64,000 nt of DNA from the human T2T-CHM13v2.0 reference genome, Homo sapiens, in NCBI RefSeq assembly GCF_009914755.1, contig NC_060934.1; one strand, written 5' to 3'. A program made the translations under genes and the position numbers. Positions 28,799 to 40,669 of the stretch are shown here, piece by piece. Every line of letters starts with the position of its first letter. The stretch's first letter is position 1. The notes beneath the pieces are model-generated. The model ran no database searches. It was not told the DNA's origin and saw only the letters and a program-made list of their open reading frames with translations.

Positions 28799-29903
28799 AT
28801 ATGCTTTTAGATTGTCAAGCTTCCTTTCAGTCCTATGCTCTGTGTGTTTGATTCAAAGCTATTTAGAGAAAGTCATCATTTGACCCCTGTGAGATTTCTT
28901 CCCTGTTGTGCTTCAGGTCTCAAAGAGCTTCCCCAGATAAATTACAGGCCATTAATTGTTACCACCAATTATACTGGCAGACATCAAAATGATTTTATTA
29001 AAGAGCTGTCCAAAGATGTAAAAGCCTATCTTGACAAGCATGCAGCCATGGGCAGTGTAATCACTCGGGAGGCATGATATAGAGGGAATTGAGGCACATG
29101 TGGAACCTTTGGTCTAGTCTGACTTTCATCACTTTGTGCAACAGAATATAGAATTGGGAAACTCCATCTAGGAAGCAGAATTCTGATCACCTGTATACAG
29201 TTCCAAAGCAAGGGTTTGAATTAATCATTTCTGCATTTCCAAGACCTAACATGGCATGATGTGGAAGCAATAGATATGTATGGACTTGGATCTAATTCTG
29301 AATAATTGATTATAATTATCATACTCCAGGGAAATTTGTAAGGGCTGCCACACTGAGGTTGTGCTTGCAAATATGAAGTGCAAATTGGAATTAATTATCC
29401 TGGTCTTTTTTAGGGAAATACTTTCTTTTGTCAATCCAGATGAGTGATGAAAAAGTACCTTCTGGATTTGAATTAGCTGGATAATTCTTGACTTTGCTCA
29501 AGCTTTAAACTGGTAGGAGCTTTAATGGCTATTAATTAGTGTGAAAGCTTTTTATTTTCTGAAAAAACTTTTTTTTTAAAAAAAAAAGAGAAATCCATCT
29601 TGATTGACAGATGGATTCCTCTGTTTTATGTTTTATTGTTTTTGAAGAAAGGAACTTTGATTTCCTGCCAGGGAGCTTTCATAAAAGGACCTTAGCATGC
29701 TGAGCCCTGATTAAACATCAGGGAGACATGATGATTCTTTTGTATAGCTCTCCCCTCAAAGGTGAAGAGGCCTAAATTACAGTGACTGTAAGAGAGGTAT
29801 CTGCTGAAGGACCATGTTCAGCTATAGGAAAAATTGGCCGTGGCATAGACAGCAGTAAGATTGGGATGCGAATGTAATTTTCCTCTATCTTATGAATATT
29901 TAA

Positions 29904-30263
<360 letters not shown>

Positions 30264-31537
30264 TAGAGAAGAGAATATCCGGTTAAGCTAGAGAGTGATA
30301 TAGAGAATTTACCCACATAACTGAAAACTTTTTATAAGATAAAATAGAATTTAATTTTTATTTTTTTTTAAGGATCCTGCTAATTTTAGCAGATTTTATT
30401 TATGCCACATGACAAGTGTTTGTGTAATTAAACAGCTCACTTTGTTCTGAGTTTACTATGTTTGCTTCCCAATCTTTTATTGTGGAAGTCCTACTTATTA
30501 ACCCTGCCTTCCCAAATCAGTTATGAAGATAAAGGTGTAAACTAAAAAACAAAGCTGGTTTATGAGCAAGGTTGAGTACCAGAAGGAATGGAGTTCCCTA
30601 AATTATAAGAGTTTAATCTCCAGTTTTAATCCGTAGATGTACCCTGACTGCCACTTATTAGTCACGTGGCCTTGGGCAAGGTTTTAACTACTCTGAATCT
30701 CAGTAAAAGTATATAAATGAGATAATAATATTTACCCGGAAGAGGGGTTGTGACAACTCAGTAAGATAAAGTGCATAAAGGGCCGAGCATGCTCTGGATT
30801 TTATGGCATTGCGTGTGGCGACAGTATTGTAATGTAATGACTTAAAAATAAAACTAACCAAGGAGATTCTAATCGATGATTGGATCATTGTGCTCCCTGT
30901 TAGGCCAAGAGATAAAAATAAATTACTAGAGAATTTTTGGGTCAATGGCAATTCTTCTTTTAGCAAGTATAAGATGAATATGATCATATATCCTTTACTT
31001 ACTTTTGGCTTGACACAAAACATATGCCTAAGCTGATCAAGAATTGCTTAGAAAGTAAACGCCAAATTATTTTTTCTGTTTCTCTTTTTTTCTTGCCTTC
31101 ATAAACTGAATTATTAATATCCTATCTGCTGTAATTTTTATTTTCTGTGTAAAGGAGAATGGTCGTAGTCTAAATATCCACCTCTGAGAACTTAAAGGTG
31201 GGTCAAATGTTCTAAAATTACAACACCTTTGCTAAAATGTCAATTCTGACTATTAAAAGTGAATATTAACTATGTTGAGATCAACTTAATATGCTAAAAA
31301 TGAACTATATTTGGGTTGCTATTAATTAATGAGAAATAGAACAAATTAAGTTCAAGAACATTAAAAATCTACCCAACTTTACATATTTATTTACTTAGTC
31401 ATTATTTATTTATTTTAAATGATAGACTTTGTGTCTTCGATTTACAAAAAAATTGATTGGGAAGTTCAGAGGTTCCATAAACTCCCTCTCACCCTTGCCT
31501 TTAGTTTCCCCTAATTAACGTCTTGCATTGATAATAC

Positions 31538-31781
31538 TGTAAACCAAAAACAAAATTCTAAGCCCCTCAACTGACTGATGGACCCCCTCTTGGCCATGAG
31601 TATTCCAAAGTAAACTTGAAAAGGGAGTTCAAGCCAGGATGCGAAGAGGGGTCCAGTGTGCCTCATTATACTCTCCTCTCTTTGGAACTCAGACACAACT
31701 GATCAGCATTAAAGTTAAAACAGAGATCTTAAGACTGAGAAAACAGATTCCTTGTAGCAATAAGATACCAAATTCCAACCT
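31538..31781 (+). mobile_element. MER4-family ERV1 LTR, 5' part, adjacent to an L1M fragment (~31410-31535)
   Basis: Start tgtaaaccaaaaacaaaattctaagcccc is typical of MER4 LTRs. Confidence 0.65.
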
Positions 31782-32664
31782 AATAATAATAAATCTAAGT
31801 GACTTTTATTATAAATAATAAATTGGTTTTTACATATGGATTCATAGTTGTCACCAAATCAATACATCTTTACAAGTAAATCACAGCTTGGGTTCAAACA
31901 GATTCAACTGCAAATCTTAAAGAAATATATTGACCTCATAATAAGCTAAACTGTACTTATTCTCACTTAACCACTTTGTGAAACAGTTTATCTGCTGGTT
32001 ATTTTTAAAGGAAGTAACATATTATGTAGCATCTACAGTTTAATGATGTACATTCTAGAGCATTTGTCCTTAACCCCAGCAGCAGGTTACCACCACTTGG
32101 AAAGCTTTTTACCAGAATATCCAGAGCCTGTCTCCCCTGCAGGGATTCTGATTGAAAGAGTCACTCCACCTCCCTCCTCTTTCTCAGGTAGTGCGGAGTT
32201 TCCCCAGGTGATTGCAATGTAGACCCAGCATTAGGACCAACTACATTTGGGTCTTAAAAACCTCAAAACTGATTGAAGCCAAGAGATATTAAAACAAATT
32301 ATTTGAAATAGCTGTATAAAAATCCATCATAAAGAATTGAGTGCTTTATTTTAAAACATAAAAGCTCATGGCTTATCAAATATTGTTCCCAAATTATAAA
32401 AACATGAAGCAAATATAGGAATAACATGAAACTGCCCTCCCTGCCCTACCCTTATGGGTACATGGGTACATTCCATGCAGTAGCAAAAATGTATAAATAT
32501 CCTAAATGTCCACCAATAGAGAAGTGATTGAATAGGTGTCATGTATAATCATAATAAGAGCCGTAATAGTATTTTAAAAGGTTTAAATTTTAAATATATC
32601 TCTATGTACTGAAATGAATTATAAACATTATCAGTTAGAAAGTAATAAGACAAGTTAAAGAACA

Positions 32665-32955
32665 ATTTTTTTTTGAGAGTTTAGCTCTGTCACCAGGCTG
32701 GAGTGAAGTGGAATGATCATGGCTCACTGCAACCTGGCCCTCCAGGGCCCAAGTGATCCTCCCACCTGAGCCTTCCAAGTAGCTGGGGCCACAGTCACAC
32801 ACTACCATGCCTAGCTAATTTTTAAATTTATTTGATTTGTAGAGACAAAGTCTTGCTATGTTGCCCAGTCTGTCTTGAACTTCTGGGCACGCGCAGTTCT
32901 CCCACCTTGACCTCCCAAAGTGTTGGGATTACAGGTGTGAGCCACCACAGGGCTG
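32665..32955 (-). mobile_element. AluJ
   Basis: gatcatggctcactgcaacct...caagtgatcctcccacc. Confidence 0.9.
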
Positions 32956-33959
32956 AGTCACTTTTTTTTAAATTGACTTTTCTGTCAAGCAGAGTGGCCT
33001 ACGTCATGACATGGAAAATTTAGTCAATTATGGTGAACAACCTAATAAATATTTAATTTTGTGTGCAGACAACCTCCCTCTCCATCTGTTCTTCTCCTCC
33101 TCAATGTTTCTAAAATCCCTGCAATACCAATCTAACAAAAGTTGGATTCCTCTCAAATGGACCTTGATCATGTGCCTAAGAATTAAAACATAATAATCCT
33201 TTGAGAAACATCTATGAAAGATGCAGTATGAAATGTTGAGAAGTGAGTTTGTAGCTTCCATACCATGCTTTGGTTGAATTTCATTTCCAAATACCCAGCG
33301 GCCGTTTTGCATGGTGTAGCTGGGCTATGGAGCCCAGGCTCCTCATGATGGGTTGGGTGACTGAAACACATTTTTTTCTTTTAGGTGATAACCAGCTCCT
33401 TCATCAGGCTTCTCTTTCCCAAGTTTAGGAAGAAGTTGACTACAATGTATTTCCCTAGCATGCCTGTTCCCTTGAACAAAGGCAGGTTCAGGAGTGTAGT
33501 GAAGCTCCAGGCTCCAAAAACTCTTTCACTCTCATTGCACTCTATCCAATGTTTCTTAATGCTAGGCACAGCAGAATCACCTCAGTTTATTCCTCAAAAA
33601 TGATGGTTGAATTTATCTGGCCAGGCATTGGTAGTTTACAGAAGTCTACCAGATGATTCTAATGTGTGGTCAAGACTGAGAACTATGTGTTTAATTGGGT
33701 TCATTTCAAGAATACTGTAAAAATTTTATCTAAATACTAAATATCCATAAAAGAAACCTCGGTAATCAGGCCAGGTTTTTGAGTTTTTCCAGATTAGCCC
33801 AACTACAGGGGAAAGAGACTTTCGCACTATATCCCAGAGTCTCTGCTCCTGCTTCCAGCCTCAATGCACTGGGCCTTTCTGCTGCCTTGGAGCACTTAGA
33901 GGGATTACAGGAGGAGTGATCTGTGGAGTTTTATCTGCTGTAGACAGGACCTCTCAGTG

Positions 33960-35228
33960 ATGCATGCAGTCACTGCCCAGGGTGCAGCTGGGGAAGTCAC
34001 ATACCGTTTCAACTCAAACTGGTACACTGCAATTCAGTTCTCATAACCATCTGGAGTTAGTGCAGACCCCATAAGTTAAAGAGTATGGTCTCCAGCAAGA
34101 TGGTCCTCGCTTCATACTCAGAGGCTGCAAATCCCTGAGCTTCCCATGACGTTCCTGAAGCTCAAAAATTCACTAGAATGACACAGAATTCAGGAAAGCA
34201 TTATACTTACAGTTTTATTGTAGAAGATACAACTCAGGAGCAGCTGAATGAAGAGACACACAGGGCAGTTTCTGAGAGGGTCTCAAACAGAGCTTTTGTG
34301 CTCTCTTCTTGTAGAATAAGGGCTTGTCACTATTACCTGGAAAAAAAAAAAAAGAAAAAGGAAACAAAAAGACAAAAAACTTGGTTCATTTGCCTGGCAA
34401 GTAACAAACGACTCTCCAGGAGAACATAGGTTTTGATCTATAGGAGTTTTATTACTTGTCCCAAGGTAGGAGAACACCGGGAATATTCTCCAAAGCAGTG
34501 TCTCCCCGAGGAAAAGTGACAGGTGGGTTTTATGGAGTTGTGGAGAGGGGAGAAGGTGCATCATCGCATGTAGAGGAGGGGCACCAGTGGTGCAGACTGA
34601 GACATTATGCCAGCACATAGGTTACATGTTATGGTGATGAATCTGTAGCTCCTCCCAGCGTAGAGACTTTAGCATGGTAATGAGGAAGCTTCACTCAGAT
34701 TCATCTATAAGTTGCTGGGGTCTGTCTGGAACTGGTTCCAGCTGACTAGGTGACTGCATTCCATGGACGGTTTGTAAAAAACAGGCTGAAAAGTGGGAGG
34801 CTATAAAACAGGCTGATTGTTCAAGCTGGTTAAACTTCTATAGTCCCTGGAGACCCTCCCTGTCTGCTTACATCACTTTCCTGGCACATTGATGTATTCA
34901 CCAAGCGGGAAGTTTCAGCAAACTTCCCTGTTCATTACATAGATGTAATTGATTAAACATTGGCCCCATTATTGAACTCAAGCTCCAACTCCCTCACTTT
35001 TCTGGAGGTCAGGCTGGTTCAGAGCTTTAACTCTCTAATTACATGTTAGGTCTTTCTGTTGACCAGCTTCCATTCTCAGTCATCTCATCTCATGAGCATA
35101 AACTCAAAAGTTTGATCCAAGGGATCATGAATATCAAAGACTCTTCTATTACCTGGGAAATTCCAAGGATATAGATTCTGTCTTCCAGGAACCAGGTTCA
35201 AAGGCCAGTTAAATTCTTTATTATGCAA
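33960..35228. mobile_element. MER21-family ERVL LTR interrupted by a nested LTR
   Basis: ttcactagaatgacacagaattcaggaaagc...; ends aaattctttattatgcaaca. Continuous across the insertion at 34331-34872. Confidence 0.65.
34331..34872 (-). mobile_element. ERV1-class solo LTR (MER67-like) nested in MER21
   Basis: Sense start tgtaagcagacagggagggtctccaggg; 4-bp TSD TCAC (34327-34330, 34873-34876). Confidence 0.65.
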
Positions 35229-35779
35229 CAAAAGATTTCCCTGAAACCAGACTTAGAAGTCTTGAAAGAGATGGGGGATTCAATTTCCACACAATCCCTG
35301 GGCTCTAGAACAAAGGCTGTCATCACTGTCCTCCCCTGGTCCACCATTTTGGGTTGTGGTCCCTCTCTCTCCTTGGGAACTTTTTCAAGAATCAGTATTC
35401 AGTCTTCCAGGGGCTCTTCATTTTACTTCTATACCTTGAGATTTATCACCTGACGGTGCCTATTCTTGGATTTCCACACCCACACTCTTTTTACTATTCA
35501 TTCTCTAAAAGCCCAACTAAACAAAACACAATCAGATGAACCTCATCGTTCCCCCTTTTCCCAATAGTACTTAATTGCCCATTAACAGGAGATGAAGTTT
35601 CGGAAGATACTCACTCCCATTCTTAGAGAGAAGGAAGTGTTTATTCTGCATGCACTTTTAAGAAACCAGGCAGAAAGCTTTTTTGTTTCATTGTTCAGGA
35701 GAGATTATGACTAAAAACAATGCCATTACATCTCCCATTAAAAAGAGTCTGAACTCTGGGCAATTCAGGATAAGGCACG

Positions 35780-36273
35780 TGTATAAGCCATTCTTGTGTT
35801 GCTATAAAGAAATACCTGAGACTGGCTAATTTATAAATAAAAGAGACTTAATTGGCTCATAGTTCTGCAGGTTTTATAGAAAGCTGGATGCTGATATCTC
35901 TTGGCTTCTGTGGAGGTCTCAGGAAGCTAACAGTCATGGTGGAAGGAGGTGAAGCAGGAGCAAACACGTCAGATGGTGAAAGCAGGAGAGAGAGATTGAG
36001 AGAGAGGAGAGAGAGAGAGAGGAGAGAGAGATTGAGAGAAAGAGAGAGAGAGAGAGATTGAGAGAGAGGAGAGAGAGGAGAGAGAGAGAGAGAGGAAGTG
36101 CCATACACTTTTTAATGACCAGATCTTGTGAGAACTCACGTCATGAAGACAGCACCAAGCCATGAGTGACCCACCTCCATGATCCACACACCTCCACCAG
36201 GTTCTGCCCCCCAGCATTGGGGATTTCAATTCTACATGAGGTTTAGCTGGGGACAAATATCCCAACTATATCA
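35780..36273 (-). mobile_element. MST-type MaLR solo LTR with an internal (GA)n expansion (~35985-36095)
   Basis: tgtataagcc...gctataaagaaatacctgagactgg...ctatatca; TSD gca(c/t)g. Confidence 0.9.
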
Positions 36274-36656
36274 GCATGTAATCTACTGCTTGACATAGGT
36301 AAGAAGTAATTCTTCACAATTATTTCAAAACCATTTCTGAATTTACTTTGGAATCTAAAGTTAATTTGGAACAATATATTTTATCAAATTAGCTCCAAAG
36401 CGATATTTACTCATGCATCATCCCTCTGAAATGTACTCTGCAGGTTGTATGTTGTACAATCTTAAGTATTTCAATTACCTTTAAGCAAAAACAGTACAAG
36501 AAAGGATTAGTCATTGCTGAAAATATTATAGATCACATAGATTCATTTCCAGTTTTCAGTGTTGTTTTTTAAGATAGTAGGTGTTTGATAGCTTCTAGTC
36601 ACCGTCCAAAGGGTCATGGTCTTTCTGATCTTTTTGTTCAGAAATTTGTTCTTTCT

Positions 36657-37026
<370 letters not shown>

Positions 37027-37257
37027 CTAAGAAGGGTGGACTGAAGCTAGCACAACAATATGCCTGCTATATGACCATGGCAGACTTCTTCCTAGAATCC
37101 TTCAGATCCACGATCTTATCTAATTATGTATAATTCCCACAGCAGCTCTGCAAGATAGATACTTATGTCCCAATTTTGTAGATCAGAAAATTGAAGTTAA
37201 GGAGATATGTTCATTAATGAATAAGATGGTAAGTAGTAGACATAGGATTCAATTATT

Positions 37258-37400
37258 ATTATTATTTTATTATTATACTTTAAGTTTTAGGGTACATGTG
37301 CACATCGTGCAGGTTTGTTACATATGTGTATACATGTGCCATGTTGGTGTGTTGCACCCATTAACTCATCATTTAGCATTAGGTATATCACTTAATGCTA
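37258..37400 (-). mobile_element. Extremely 5'-truncated L1PA 3' end, inserted into a MIR
   Basis: ttattatactttaagttttagggtacatgtgcac...; TSD ggattcaattatt (37245-37257, 37402-37414). Confidence 0.92.
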
Positions 37401-39233
37401 GGGATTCAATTATTTTGATAATTCAAGTTTCTTCCAAAGTGTCCTATGAGTAATTGTTTCTACGGTACTCTATACAACATATACTTTCAGGCACCTCTTC
37501 TCAGTTGGTAAGTTTGTAAAGTGTTTTCCTGATTGGTACAAGATGAAAGTGTATGCCCAGCAGGTTATTAAAGGTAAGCTAACTATAAGAGTCATTCATT
37601 CAGTATATTTTTTATAGAGTAGCCTGTATTTCTGCTACAAATGATGTTGGCATATATGAATTACACTCATTGTTTTTTCTATTTAATAAACACTGAATTA
37701 TGTTATTCTACAATAATGGCATGGTGAAGATGGTTAAAAGTAGTGACAGAAAAATTTGACTTTTTAGAAGCCTCTAATTTGTGAAATTAAAGGAATGATT
37801 TCTTCTACCATGAGGTCATAGATATTGAAAACCATTTGGATATTGTTTAAACCAGTTTAATTTTATATAATTTATTTCATGAGCTTTCAAGTCCGTATCT
37901 CCAATGATCATACCAGACAGATCCCCAATTCAGAAGTTATCTTGCCTCTGACAGTGCTTACAACAACTAATAACCAGGTTCAATGACAGTGATCCAGTTT
38001 CGGCAGGTACTATAATTGCAGATTATACTGTTCATGGTTTCTTCTTTGTGTGAATAGTAAGTGTATGAAATCTTCAGTCAACATTTCCTTTTCTGTTGCA
38101 TAAACAGTGCTGAAAGCTTAATGATCAGCTGGAGAAGAGGCGTAATGAATAGTTGCAGCATTGTTCATTAAACACCGTGGTGGTTCTTTCTTTGCCATCA
38201 TTTCATCTGTGCTTGAATTTTGCATTTCCTTCTATTCTGTCATTCTCCTTAAGCATCGGACACTCCCTCCGTGGTAATTGCTGTGACACACATAAAGCTT
38301 CTATCATACAACAATGGAAATGTCTCTCCTTCTCCTTGAGCTCATTTTATTGGAGACACTGTACTTTTGAGGATGGCAAATCTATGGAAAGTGACTCATC
38401 CAAGCATACTGTAATAGATGGAGAGATTTCTTTAGATATATGTGGCCTTTTGTACAATTAAGCACTGTATTGCTTTTCAGTAAATTAAGAGTAAAATTTT
38501 AAGTAAATTGGGTTTGGAATTGGGATTTGCAATTTTTTGCTATAATTTATTTTAGATCACCTATTACTTTTTTGGTAATTTTGTTTCTACTCTTACATAC
38601 CTTGTGTTCTACATATTGACAAATCATGCTCTATTTGATGAATTACATCTTTAAGTTATTGGTATGTTACTATAGGTAATGTTTTTGTATCATCTTCAGT
38701 AGCCTGTTAGCATATTATGACAACATGCTATTCCTATCTCCCCAGGGCCAAGCCTCAATTAACTGCTGACACTAAGAGGCCTTCACTCCAGAAGTAGATT
38801 CCAAAACACATGTTGCAATGAATAGAACTACTTTGTATTTCACCCAAAACATTTAAGCCATGGCTGTTTATTACATTGTGTTATTTTATTCATGGATTAA
38901 AGCTTTGGAATTTGGTAAAGGAAAAGATTCCCAGAGACTGCTATTGAAATTTCCTAGTACCCTTTGGTTTAAAGTGTAGAGGAACAATTTTCCAGATAAA
39001 TATGGAATTCGCTTTTTTATGTTGTTCTTTAGAGAGCTTTAGCCTATTTGGCACTAAGTATAATTATCTGCAAATATGAGTTTGTTTGGCAAGATATTCA
39101 TGTGTCCTTAGGTATTAATATGTCATTTTGGGGAAAAAATAACTCAATGGAGTTCTGTCATTATATGAATAATTTGTGATGAGTAATTTCCTAAGCAACA
39201 TCAGAAGCACCAGATGACGATTTTTGTTTTTAG

Positions 39234-39267
39234 TTTGCAAAATGCATTTATTGTATAAGGATGAAAG
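39234..39267 (+). CDS. 34-nt coding exon (V-CKMHLLYKDE-R)
   Basis: gatttttgtttttag| ... AAG|gtaagt (consensus donor). Phase 1 to phase 2, in frame with the flanking exons. Confidence 0.5.
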
Positions 39268-39705
39268 GTAAGTAAGGAAAAGATAGGTTTTAGTAGCTGA
39301 GAAACTTTAGAGTCAGGTTATACTTAGGTGGATTTAATTGCCATACTTTGTTATAGTGGCTAAAGTAGCCCATTTGTCATCTGTGACCTATTTCAGGGAA
39401 CAACAACAACAACAACAACAAAGAAACTGTGGATAACATCACCCCCTCCCCACCTTTGTTGTTCTTCTTGATGCCTATTTGACAGAAGGATTGAGCACTT
39501 TCTGTTTCTGTTGCATGGGCCACTCTCTCTGAGACTTCTCCCACAGTATTCATATCCCTGCTTCAGGACCACCTCCTCTGAGGAGCCTTCCTGACCAACC
39601 TGTATAACCCTTTGTTACACAACCCTTTGTTCCTCCTTGGAGTCACTTTCACTGTCCAGCTTCTCAATTTACCCAGCTTTTTTTCATTATACTTTTCAGT
39701 GCCTG

Positions 39706-39706
<1 letters not shown>

Positions 39707-39755
<49 letters not shown>
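39707..39755. repeat. Long perfect (CA)n microsatellite
   Basis: About 24 units, directly visible. Confidence 0.97.
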
Positions 39756-39759
<4 letters not shown>

Positions 39760-40669
39760 CCTGTGTTAAAATGGTTAAAATGTCAGCTCTCTGGGGGGAA
39801 GGAACTGGTTTGTCTTACCCAGTGTTATGTCCCCAATTGCACAGCAGTGGCGTGTTTCAGTTATGGTCCTGCCTGTGTTCACCATGTAAGTGGGCAGACA
39901 TGATAGAAGGAGATCTATTATACTTCCTTGTGTTATGTGCCTATGGAATAGAGGGAACAGTGGAGAAAGTGAATAATTATACCTGGGACCTGGGGAAAAA
40001 ACTGAAATGAGAACTGACATGTTAATATATGTCAAAAGATTGAGAAGAGGCTGGGGAGAAATATAAGAAAGGAGAATTTCACTCGGAGTAACTTGGATAA
40101 AATCTCTGAGTTTGAAAAGAGTATGGAACATTCAAGAAACAGTGAACCAAACTGTGATTGGAGTTCTATTCCCAACAGTTGCATAAGGGAAACTGAAATG
40201 AGGTGGGTCTGGAGAGGTAGCTTAGAATTAGGTTTTGAAGGAGTCTCTGTAGGTTACTAAGCATGATCAGCTTGGTGTTTTATGACTGTATTCTGATAAC
40301 TGTGAAAGATGGATGGGAGGGAAGCAGGAAAGGGGTCAGGAAGTAGACAGTGTAAGTGAGGATGGTTGTGTGTACAGAAGTGAGTGGGAGAACCACAGAT
40401 GGCTCACAAGAGAACATGTGAGAGAGACCCTGTGTCAGCTACAGTTTGTATTAGTTGGTTGATTAGGGATATTATTTTGGTTTTGCTCCGTAAGGTGGTT
40501 GGGGCCGAAGCTCTTTCTAACTCACCACCCTGCTATAGTCAGGGTATGGGCCTTGCTGTCATGGTCCAAAATGGTGATTAGTGCTTTACCCTCCACATCT
40601 GTTCTAGGCAGCATGAGGGTAGGGTCCAAAAGATGAGGGGAGGGGAAGCCATGTGTAAATTGTGTTTAA

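Noticed and set aside
30904-30966. 63-nt exon-like segment (PRDKNKLLENFWVNGNSSFS)
   Set aside because: The donor is weak (CAA|gtataa), and phase 2-2 is incompatible with the phase-1 intron it lies in.
35852-36108. Arg/Glu- and Ser/Leu-repeat ORFs
   Set aside because: These are translations of the (GA)n tract inside the MST LTR.
37954-38005. Exon-like segment CLQQLITRFNDSDPVSA
   Set aside because: It needs a phase-0 entry that the upstream exon does not provide, and the donor gtacta is weak.
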